A stretch of DNA of 54,800 nt from a virus. Lineage: Duplodnaviria > Caudoviricetes. Below the pieces are notes generated by a model. The model was given only the letters and a program-made list of their open reading frames with translations. It was not told where the DNA came from and did no database searches. Position 1 is the stretch's first letter. Each line of letters opens with the position of its first letter. The stretch is from the IMG/VR virus record IMGVR_UViG_3300043410_001533, positions 1-54,800 of that record; one strand, given 5' to 3'. Positions 35,316-43,672 of the stretch are shown piece by piece. The translations under genes and the position numbers were made by a program.

Positions 35316-37037
35316 GTTACGATCGTTTCGGTCGTTAATGCTCGTCCGCACGAACTCGCTCACGTCCTTTTTCTCTCGCAACGCCTGAGTGACGGCCGCG
35401 TCCACGGTGCCCTCGGCGATGATGTCAATGTAGGTCACGCTTCGCGTCTGCCCGATCCTGTGCGCACGGTCCTCGGACTGCTCGCGATCGGTGAAAGAGA
35501 ACGAGTTCGAGTAGTACACCACCAACTCCGCACGGGTCATGTTCAGACCCACACCTCCGGTGGCCGCGTTGCCTACGAGGAATCGCGCCTTACCAGTTTG
35601 GAACAGGTTCTGCACGTTGTGGTCGCGATCGTTTTCGCTGATGCCGCCGTGAATCTCCACCACGGAGTCGTGGCCGTACTTCTCGCGCAAAGCCTCACAC
35701 ACCATGCGGATTTCCTCGATGAATCGACACCAGACGATCGTGCTGGCGTCGTTCTCCTCGGCTATAGCGAGTAGCTCCTCGACTTTTGGGTTCTTTCCTG
35801 CAATGCGATTGTGCGAGAACTTCGACGCGTCGTAGAGGTCGGGGTTGCGCTCGAAGGTGATGATACCACCGGCGATCTCTTGGAGCCGGAGCATTCGCTC
35901 GAGCACTGTCTTGACGGTGATTCCTTGATCTCCAGATACCGTCTTGTCACGTTTAGCAATGTCTTTATATAGTCGTTTTTGTTCATCAGTTAGCTGGACC
36001 TCGCGGGTCTGGTACACTTTTGGTGGTAATTCCGTCAGCACTTCGGACTTGCGCACTTGATAGATGAACGGCGAGATCAGCTCGATAAGCTCTTCCATAT
36101 TCTGGTAGCCCACCACTTGCCGATCCTCGTATCCGCCCATAATCGCGTACCGATTGCGGAAAGAGTAGAAATCCCCGATTCCGATAATGTTCGGGTCGAG
36201 GAACTCGAATTGCATGAAGATGTCCATCGGGCCATTCGCCACTGGCGTGCCCGTCATGATCACCTTGTAATTCGCGGATTTGCCCAGCTTGACACAGTTC
36301 TTACTGCGCACGGCCGAGTGATTCTTGATCATATGTGCTTCGTCCACGATCATTCCGACGCGGGTACTGCAGTCCACGAACTTTTGCGCGAGACCCACCG
36401 CACCACCGGCCGCGAGTGACTCGGTGCCGACGATCAGGAATTTCAGGCGGCCATCGGTCGTGGTGTTCCACGTGTCGAACGCCTTGGGCTTTCCAGTGTC
36501 GAGAATAAACGTGTCGCACTCCATCGGGCAGTGGATGAGCACCTCGCGCTCCCAGTTCTTGCGCGTGCTGAACTTAGTGACGATTAGCACCCGGTCCACC
36601 TTGGCGTCCATGAAGTAGGCGGAGAAGAGATCGAGCGAAGTCTTGGTCTTTCCTGTACCCATGTCCATGTAGAACGCGAAGGTGCTCTTGTTCCACGCAT
36701 GGTCGAGGCCCTTGAGCTGGTACGGCCGTGGCGTGGTCTTGAAAGAGTATACGGGCGGGAATGCCGCTATTTGGTTCGTGCGTACGCGCTCGATAGTCGT
36801 AGTTGCAACCGTGCGAGCATCGTCTGTAAATGTGTCAGCATCAAAATTACCCAGCAGGAACTCGCTATTAGCGCGTAAAGCAGGAGCTGTCCACACGCGG
36901 CGACGAGAATCCCAACGCCGATTAGGTATCCGGCGAATCTTGTCCACCATCCACGGCGGCGAGTGGATGATGAATCGGCTGGTCTTTGCATCGTAAGCGA
37001 TCTGCACTTTAGAATTCTGATCGGAACTTGGGTTCAT
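35295..37037 (-). CDS. SNF2-family helicase
   Basis: PRPYQ, DMGTGKT, VDEAH.IKN, MTGTP, GGVGLNMT.A, QSEDRAHRIGQ. Confidence 0.92.
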   Translation of the reverse strand: MNPSSDQNSKVQIAYDAKTSRFIIHSPPWMVDKIRRIPNRRWDSRRRVWTAPALRANSEFLLGNFDADTFTDDARTVATTTIERVRTNQIAAFPPVYSFKTTPRPYQLKGLDHAWNKSTFAFYMDMGTGKTKTSLDLFSAYFMDAKVDRVLIVTKFSTRKNWEREVLIHCPMECDTFILDTGKPKAFDTWNTTTDGRLKFLIVGTESLAAGGAVGLAQKFVDCSTRVGMIVDEAHMIKNHSAVRSKNCVKLGKSANYKVIMTGTPVANGPMDIFMQFEFLDPNIIGIGDFYSFRNRYAIMGGYEDRQVVGYQNMEELIELISPFIYQVRKSEVLTELPPKVYQTREVQLTDEQKRLYKDIAKRDKTVSGDQGITVKTVLERMLRLQEIAGGIITFERNPDLYDASKFSHNRIAGKNPKVEELLAIAEENDASTIVWCRFIEEIRMVCEALREKYGHDSVVEIHGGISENDRDHNVQNLFQTGKARFLVGNAATGGVGLNMTRAELVVYYSNSFSFTDREQSEDRAHRIGQTRSVTYIDIIAEGTVDAAVTQALREKKDVSEFVRTSINDRNDRNLLGTLA

Positions 37038-38571
37038 CGACTTTCACCTCGTGATCTTCAGTTATAGGAGCGTACCAAACGTTGATGGGCTTGCCGCCCG
37101 GAATTCGGAGCTTGTCGTGGTCCGCGCCGCAGTCGCGCCGCAGAGACGTCCACAGGTCCATACCTGTCATGACCTCGGCCTTGTTGCGCTTCAGGAATTC
37201 GGAGAATGCCGTACCTCGGAACACGATGCACCGCACGCCGTTGATGACCTGCACCACCGGAATATTGCGGGTCAGAGCCTTGCGGTCCTCGGTGTTCGTA
37301 CCATCGGAGGTTAAGTCAGCCTTTTGCACGAACTCGTTGAACTTGGCGGCGATGATACCCGAGGCACTGGCCTCTTTCGGCACTTCGATCACCCGCAGGG
37401 TCGGGATGAGCGGGTCGAGGATACGACGTCGCCACGAATCCTGAGTGATCTTGGGGATGTTGATCTTGAGTTGTTCGAAGATCAGCGTGCCCATCGCGGC
37501 GGGGTCACGTAGGATAATAGTCGGGATGTTCGCGATGAGCTTCCCGTTGACGTGGATGCCCCAACGTGGGGGTTCGGACTGGTACTCGATCAGCTCGGTG
37601 AACTGGGGTAGGGAGTCCTGTGCGTCCAGCTCCTTGCTCTCCTCGGTCGAGATCCCGAACTCGCGGGTAACACACACCTTGCGGTCGCAAAGCGACTTAC
37701 ATGGCTCCTCGCTACATTTGTACAGGTAGTCACGGCGAGACGCGGAGCGAATCACCTTCTTGGCCTCGGCGGGGCCGAGCGGCTTGTCGAACATGGTCTG
37801 GTTCAACGCCATCGCATCGTCAAAGAATGTGTCGGGGCGGGCACGCTTGAGGTACACCACCACATTGTACATCGAATCGTTCCGAGAGCCGGATTCGACG
37901 CCTGTGTGAATCATCTTTTGTATGCACGGCGGAGCCTCCAAGTGCTCCCGGTGAGCCATTTCCTGCAACGCCGCCACTGTGACTCGGCGTGACTGGGCGT
38001 ACGAGATGAACAGCTCGAACGACATCTTCTGGCCTTTGTCATCCACCGCGTATCGCACTGTCTTATCTTTGTCGAAGAACGGCAGGTTGATCCAGTTCCC
38101 CAGCGACTTCTCGCCACTGGACGTGGTCAGCGAGTCCTGCTTCGGGAAGATGTCCACGTGGTTTGGGATTTGGAGCATGTCGCGCCACGAATTCAGGAGC
38201 CGGATCACGAGCTTGGCCGGAAGGAATTCCTCGCCGAACAGGTACAGGTGTGCCCCGCCCGACTTGCTCCGGGTGGCCACAAGTGGAAGCCGGTAGTGCT
38301 CGATCTTCTCCACGAGCTTCGGAATGTCGATGTCAGACCCGTCGGACCCTTTGCCGTGGTTGTCCACGTCGATACAGCCGAACAGCACCGTGCCGCCGTC
38401 CGTAATCGGAACTATGCCCAGCCCCATCCGGCCCTCCAAATGGTCGGCGTAATGCTGGAGTGTGACCTCGCTCTTTTCGGTCACCATCTTGCCTGTCGCG
38501 GGATCCCACTGCCCAAAGGACCGAAGGTTACCGGCGAACAGATTGGCGTAGTCTTGAACTAGACTAGTCAT
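37009..38571 (-). CDS. AEP primase-polymerase (TOTE-primase-like) with PriCT domain
   Basis: GCIDVD, RSKSGGAHLY, IFPKQ, GNWINLPF; PPCI...GSRND; YKC...PC...CD...C zinc cluster. Confidence 0.85.
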   Translation of the reverse strand: MTSLVQDYANLFAGNLRSFGQWDPATGKMVTEKSEVTLQHYADHLEGRMGLGIVPITDGGTVLFGCIDVDNHGKGSDGSDIDIPKLVEKIEHYRLPLVATRSKSGGAHLYLFGEEFLPAKLVIRLLNSWRDMLQIPNHVDIFPKQDSLTTSSGEKSLGNWINLPFFDKDKTVRYAVDDKGQKMSFELFISYAQSRRVTVAALQEMAHREHLEAPPCIQKMIHTGVESGSRNDSMYNVVVYLKRARPDTFFDDAMALNQTMFDKPLGPAEAKKVIRSASRRDYLYKCSEEPCKSLCDRKVCVTREFGISTEESKELDAQDSLPQFTELIEYQSEPPRWGIHVNGKLIANIPTIILRDPAAMGTLIFEQLKINIPKITQDSWRRRILDPLIPTLRVIEVPKEASASGIIAAKFNEFVQKADLTSDGTNTEDRKALTRNIPVVQVINGVRCIVFRGTAFSEFLKRNKAEVMTGMDLWTSLRRDCGADHDKLRIPGGKPINVWYAPITEDHEVKVDEPKFRSEF

Positions 38572-38598
38572 CGTTTTACCTCTCTATGCGTCTATGTA

Positions 38599-38627
38599 TT
38601 GACACCACTTCTGTGGGCTGGTATAAT
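38599..38627 (+). promoter_or_regulatory. Consensus sigma70 promoter on the plus strand, firing into element B
   Basis: TTGACA(38599-604)-N17-TATAAT(38622-627) with TG extension. Confidence 0.75.
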
Positions 38628-38654
38628 TATAACATCTCGCCATCGGAACATCAA
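38626..38654 (-). promoter_or_regulatory. Promoter for the primase operon, overlapping the plus-strand promoter
   Basis: TTGATG-N17-TATAAT; shares the palindrome TATAATTATA. Confidence 0.65.
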
Positions 38655-38905
38655 TACTCACCGTTTGTTCCACCGTTCCATAGCAATGGAACACATGATG
38701 GAACACCCTCTCCCATTCGACAGACGGCCCCTCTGTACCATCGTACCACGCGCACGCGGGGAATGCTCTGTCAACGACGTGGTTCGAATAGGGGGGTATA
38801 TGATGGAACGGGGGATACAACGGAACACGGCATATCCAAGCCCCGAAGGACGCGGGCTTCGAGACACTGGAGCGTTCCAGACGCCGTACCATCTTAATGG
38901 AACAG
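38645..38905. repeat. Iteron/hairpin element B; candidate replication origin
   Basis: Multiple GTTCCA/TGGAAC/GTACCA units; inverted degenerate copy of 16820-17075; immediately upstream of the primase gene. Confidence 0.85.
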
Positions 38906-38963
38906 GAAGTCTATTCCGGGGTATTCTCATGCGTGCGCATGTAAGCCAAGTGTAAGCCGGGGT

Positions 38964-38995
38964 GAAGAGAAGCCCCTCCGAGCGTGTCGAAGGGG
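38964..38995 (-). terminator. Terminator after the ejection-protein operon
   Basis: CCCCTTCGA-CACGC-TCGGAGGGG 9-bp stem followed by CTTCTCTTC. Confidence 0.6.
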
Positions 38996-39014
38996 TCGGA
39001 GCTATGTAGATAGC

Positions 39015-41069
39015 TTACTGGCCGAGAGAGCTTAAGGGAGAGGGCGCGGGACCGGCGGGCGGGTTAGCCATGCCGGTAAGCTCAATCTTCGGTGCCCGGG
39101 TGGGGGCCATAGTGTCCTCAGGATACTGATTCTTGGGGTCTCGGGCGGCGGCAAGACCACCGGCGAGGGTCGCACCCCCAGTAGTGACACGACTCGAAGT
39201 GAGCAATGACTGCTCCTGCTGTTTCAGCGACTGCATAATGCTGTCGATCACCGTGTCCACCTTGGCGGTCGGCGTCAGGAGCTTCTCGGTGACGGGCTGG
39301 GCCACACGGGGCGGCATGCCAATCAGGTTCGGGAACTGGGCGCGGAGTGCTTCCCCAGCGGCCGAGAAGGGGCGACCGGCCATCAGGTTCGCGGCGGCAC
39401 CCACCCCACCCGCACCTTGGTCGAGGTCGGTGTCCAGTGGTGTGCGGCGGAATCCGGACTTCTCGGTCTGGAGCATCGTGCGCTCTTGGAGCAGTCGGTC
39501 CTTAAACTCGTCAAAGGCGGCATCGTCGCGGAATGCGCGGCGGAGCTTTTGCTCGGCGTCACGTGACAAGATCGACTTCATGGGGTCGGCGGCGGGTCCG
39601 GCAGTGCGGAGCTTCTCCAGCATCGCTTGCGAGATACCAGCGCGGAAAGCGTCGTACTCGGACGGGGAGTCCTTGAAGCGGTCGATAAGCTTGCGCATAT
39701 CCAGCTCGGGGAGTGTGTAGATACGCTGGCCTTCTTTCATTGCCGTTAACAGCTCGGAGTCACCGGCAAAGGCTTGCCGTGCGATGCGGTACTCGGGTGA
39801 TGCACTCTCCATGTCGGCGAGGAGTCGCTTTTTCATGTCAAGGAGCACTCCGGCTTGACCGCCTTTGCCTTCGCGCATCGCGCCTTCGATCATGTCGTCC
39901 AGCGCGATCTTGGTCTCGTGCAAGGCACGCAGGGTGTTTTTGGGATCCGAGATATCTAACGCCTTGTCTTCCATGCGCTTCGCGCCGATCTTCATCGCCT
40001 CCTTGAACGAGGGCAGGTTGCGGAGTTTCGCGATGTCAGGTGCGGTAGCTGGGCTGAAGCTCGGGGCACTCGCCCAAGCCGCCTTGTACAGGGGGTCGGC
40101 TTCGTCCGCACGCTTTTTGATCAGGTCGAGCACGTCCGTGTAGAAGTCCTTGGAGCCGGACATCAGGGTGCGGAGGTCCTCGGATACGCGGGGCACTCGC
40201 TCCATCTCGCGGCCAGCGAGTTCAGCCTTGCCCATAATACGAGCGGGGGATGGCGCGGCGGTAGCGCGACGCAAAAGCGCGGCAGTGTTCTCGCCGAGGT
40301 CAGCCAGCGTAATCTCGCCACGGGACATCGCTTGCATCTTGGCCAGAGCTTGGTCGGGCGTCATCCCATCCTTCTCCAGTGCCTTCACGATCGCAATATC
40401 GGCCGCCTTGTTCGCGTCACCGAAACCCATCGCGGACTTGATCTTGTTAAATGCGGGCATCACGGCGTACTTACCCAGCAGTCCCATAGCGCCAGTAGTG
40501 ACAGCGCCAGCGGCACCACCACGGAGTGCCTCACCACCCCACTCGGCGGGTTCTTTCTCGGACGTACCAACAGCTGTGGCGGCACCAGACCCAGCACCAT
40601 AACCCATCATGCGGGGAATGCTTGGGGCCTTGCCGAAAAGCAGATTCGCCAGCTTTGGACCTACCGCCTTGGTGACCTGTGGGATCGCGCCAGCACCAGC
40701 GGTAAACACAGCGGGAACCAGTGCGCCACCGAGTTCAGATGCCATCGCAGTGCGGGGATTCTCCTCGGCGTATTTGCGCAAGCCCTCACGCTCGGCCTTT
40801 ACGAGGTCCTCGTAGCTCTGGTCGCCTTTGAGCGAACGCATCTTGGCGATAGCTTCATCGGAGAAGCCCATGGTAAGGCCTTGGAGTGCCTGACCTGCCG
40901 CACCGGGCAAAAATGCCTCAGGACGAGCGGCCTGTGGGCGTGCTGGCGCGGCGGGAGCTGGGGACTCGGGTGTTCCGGCCTTGGTTAGCGTAAATTTGCG
41001 AATCGTGGCCTCAGGCGTACCATCGGGGAATTCATAAATCGTGCCGTTAATTACTCGCTCGATGGTCAT
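39015..41069 (-). CDS. Internal virion / DNA ejection protein
   Basis: YEFPDG N-terminal motif; QGLTMGFSDE; Gly/Ala-rich hydrophobic helices; last gene of the podovirus ejection cluster. Confidence 0.7.
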   Translation of the reverse strand: MTIERVINGTIYEFPDGTPEATIRKFTLTKAGTPESPAPAAPARPQAARPEAFLPGAAGQALQGLTMGFSDEAIAKMRSLKGDQSYEDLVKAEREGLRKYAEENPRTAMASELGGALVPAVFTAGAGAIPQVTKAVGPKLANLLFGKAPSIPRMMGYGAGSGAATAVGTSEKEPAEWGGEALRGGAAGAVTTGAMGLLGKYAVMPAFNKIKSAMGFGDANKAADIAIVKALEKDGMTPDQALAKMQAMSRGEITLADLGENTAALLRRATAAPSPARIMGKAELAGREMERVPRVSEDLRTLMSGSKDFYTDVLDLIKKRADEADPLYKAAWASAPSFSPATAPDIAKLRNLPSFKEAMKIGAKRMEDKALDISDPKNTLRALHETKIALDDMIEGAMREGKGGQAGVLLDMKKRLLADMESASPEYRIARQAFAGDSELLTAMKEGQRIYTLPELDMRKLIDRFKDSPSEYDAFRAGISQAMLEKLRTAGPAADPMKSILSRDAEQKLRRAFRDDAAFDEFKDRLLQERTMLQTEKSGFRRTPLDTDLDQGAGGVGAAANLMAGRPFSAAGEALRAQFPNLIGMPPRVAQPVTEKLLTPTAKVDTVIDSIMQSLKQQEQSLLTSSRVTTGGATLAGGLAAARDPKNQYPEDTMAPTRAPKIELTGMANPPAGPAPSPLSSLGQ

Positions 41070-42685
41070 TATTGAGTCTCCCGTCCTTGGCTGTCAACAC
41101 GCACTCGTGGCATGCTGAAGTATTGCTGGTAAGTCATGCGGTTCGGGTTGATCGTCACGCGACCCTTTTCATCACGCACTGTGATGGGGTTCGAATCCAA
41201 GTACTTGCGCCACTGAGCCTCAGCGTAAGGAGTGATCGCACCATTCACGGCGGCGTAGTCGGCCATGAACTTGTTGAAGTCCTTATCGCGCTCACGCTGA
41301 GCGAGCTTGAACTTGATGAGGGTCTCGTTGGTCGAAGGCTCTTTGTCGGAGCTGAACGTACCCAACTGCATCATCTTCACGTCCAAGTTCGACACATTGG
41401 AATCGCCGGGAATGCGATTCTGCTTCGCCGCCAGTGCCGCCAGCGAGTCGAACTCGTTGATCTTGGCACGGTCGCCGGAAGTGAGCTTGGCCAGCTCGCC
41501 GATACCGAGGCCCATGCCGTAAGTGTAGCCGGTGCTGATCTCGGAGTTGAGCTTCAGGGCACGCTGGAGGTCGCGAATGTCGTCGTCAATTCCGGAGGTG
41601 AAGGGTGAGATCTTCTCGCGAATGTATCTACTGGACTCGTTCAGATCGTGCTCACGTTTCTTGGCGGCTTCGAGCTTATTGAGTCCCGCATAGGAAGTCT
41701 TGGGATCGATCGGCACACCCACGTCGATGGCTTTAGCGGCCACCGCATTGAAATCGCCTTGGCGGATGTGATCGTCGATCTCTTGCTTCGTGCGGGTAGT
41801 CTGGGCGACCTGCTGAGCAATAGTGGCACGCTTACCCTGCTGTTCGAGAGACACATTCGTGTCCACGATCTTCTGCGCACGGGCGAGGTCCTTGGGATTG
41901 AGCGGGTCTCCACCGAATGTCTGCAAGGCGTCGGCCACGAGCTTGTTCTCTTTACGGAATGCATCGCGCTGAGCTTCCTGCTGAGCCTGAGCCAACTGCG
42001 CGGGATCGTTGAGGTTCAGGTTAAGACGAGTGGCGATATCTCGCAAGCCCTTGGTGTCCTCGTACATCTTGAACTTCGCCGAGAAAGTTGGATCGGTCAG
42101 CGAGATGTTATTTTGAGCCGCGAACAGCTTCATCTCGGGTGTCGCTTTATCGACGGCCAGCAATTCCTTAATACGTGAGATACCCTCGGGTGAGCGTGGG
42201 TCCACACCCTCAGACTGCACTTGTTGCTGGTATGCGGTGAGCTTCGGCGTGAGCTTCGACACCACATTCAAGCCAAGGCGTGCGGCTTCTTTTTCCTCGT
42301 CCACTGCTTTAAGCGCGAGTTCGTAGCGCATCTTGGCCAGTTGTGCGTTGCGGTCGGCTTCGGCTTCTTGTGCCTTGCCATAAGCACCGACGGCCGTGCC
42401 GAGTGACTCACCAAAAGAGCCAGTACGGGTGGGGGCGAGGAAGCCTTGAGCGAGTGCGAGGTAAGTGGGGTCGATGCGGCCCTTGCGGTCCTGCAACGCT
42501 TGCTTCATCGTCTCGCGTGCGGCGTCTACCTCAGCTTTTGCGGCTTTGTAAGCTTCGGTGTCGGCACCCATCGCCTGACGGCCGAGAGCCGAGAGCGACA
42601 CGCTCCCGATCTTCTCGGGGTCGATCTTGAGCATCTGCGCGAGCAGTGGGCTGTAGCCGCTTGTGTCTTCTGCAGTGTCTGCCAT
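41069..42685 (-). CDS. Internal virion / DNA ejection protein
   Basis: LALAQGFLAPTRTGSFGESLG; helical; GDSNVSNLD motif; position in the cluster. Confidence 0.7.
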   Translation of the reverse strand: MADTAEDTSGYSPLLAQMLKIDPEKIGSVSLSALGRQAMGADTEAYKAAKAEVDAARETMKQALQDRKGRIDPTYLALAQGFLAPTRTGSFGESLGTAVGAYGKAQEAEADRNAQLAKMRYELALKAVDEEKEAARLGLNVVSKLTPKLTAYQQQVQSEGVDPRSPEGISRIKELLAVDKATPEMKLFAAQNNISLTDPTFSAKFKMYEDTKGLRDIATRLNLNLNDPAQLAQAQQEAQRDAFRKENKLVADALQTFGGDPLNPKDLARAQKIVDTNVSLEQQGKRATIAQQVAQTTRTKQEIDDHIRQGDFNAVAAKAIDVGVPIDPKTSYAGLNKLEAAKKREHDLNESSRYIREKISPFTSGIDDDIRDLQRALKLNSEISTGYTYGMGLGIGELAKLTSGDRAKINEFDSLAALAAKQNRIPGDSNVSNLDVKMMQLGTFSSDKEPSTNETLIKFKLAQRERDKDFNKFMADYAAVNGAITPYAEAQWRKYLDSNPITVRDEKGRVTINPNRMTYQQYFSMPRVRVDSQGRETQ

Positions 42686-42697
42686 TGTGGACCCCTA

Positions 42698-43672
42698 TTA
42701 TGGATAATCAACGGTATCGTTACCGTAGTTCGACGTATCAGTATTCGATGTGTCGAAATTAAAATCCGGACTGTTAAAGATATTACTTAATGATGTGCCA
42801 AGTGAGCTGATTGCGTTGCCGAATCCGGCGGCCGCACTTGTACCACCAGTACCGGAGGCAAAGAGTGACCCGAGGCCCGCGATCTGCGCCAATGGTGACG
42901 TAGAATAAGCACCGGGGATCGGAGCGTTAGCTTCCTCGGACACAGTGCTTGGTACTTTAACATTCGAAAACACATTGGCCGCGCCGGTGGCGGCGGCAAG
43001 TGGGGCCATGATTTCGGTCTGCGCGAGCTTCTGCTCTTCACCACCGAGATTGTATAAACGCTCGAGTTCTTTAAGCTTAGCATCCAACTCGGTCGTAGCG
43101 AGACCTTTCTCAGTCTCTGCCGCTTGGCGATACAAGCCCGCTTGATCCATTGCGGCCTTCAATGCGCTATCGTAACCGGACGAAAGTGCTTTAGTCTGTG
43201 CGCCGAGCAGGTTCGCTTGTACGTCAGCACCCATTTGCCCCATAGCATCGTACATGCGCTTACCGCCTGTGCCGCCAGTACCGGCGAATGCGCCCTTAAG
43301 AGAGGGAATCAGTGAACGCTGAAGGCTTTGCTGTTGTAGACGCTCCATCTCGTTCACTACACTGGAGGTGTAGGGATTCATGAAGCCCTGAATCATGTCA
43401 GGCGTGACGCCTGCGGCGGCAAGGCGCGCGGCATCTTGGGCTTCACCGAGCATGCCTTCGTAGCCACTCAAACCGCCAGCCTTAGCAGTATCCAGCACAC
43501 CAGTCTGAAGCTCCGACATGGGAGCGACTAGGTCCGCGCCGGTTTTGCCGAGCAGTTCAGTGCCGGGGGCGGCAAGGCTTTCGAGGTACTGGTTGTACCA
43601 GTCGGGGCCTTTAGTCTCTACCTCTTTGGTAGTCGTGATATTCGGTAGAGGATCACCTTGGAGGATGCTCAT
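42698..43672 (-). CDS. Internal virion / DNA ejection (pilot) protein
   Basis: VAPMSELQ, FMNPYTSSVV, GAFAGTGG.GG, C-terminal SPLAQIAGLGSL amphipathic helix. Confidence 0.7.
   Translation of the reverse strand: MSILQGDPLPNITTTKEVETKGPDWYNQYLESLAAPGTELLGKTGADLVAPMSELQTGVLDTAKAGGLSGYEGMLGEAQDAARLAAAGVTPDMIQGFMNPYTSSVVNEMERLQQQSLQRSLIPSLKGAFAGTGGTGGKRMYDAMGQMGADVQANLLGAQTKALSSGYDSALKAAMDQAGLYRQAAETEKGLATTELDAKLKELERLYNLGGEEQKLAQTEIMAPLAAATGAANVFSNVKVPSTVSEEANAPIPGAYSTSPLAQIAGLGSLFASGTGGTSAAAGFGNAISSLGTSLSNIFNSPDFNFDTSNTDTSNYGNDTVDYP

Noticed and set aside
38584-38955. ORFs in element B resembling ORFs at 16903-17252
   Set aside because: The peptide similarity arises in several frames from the DNA-level repeat; indels and an internal flip break frame conservation, so the region is treated as non-coding
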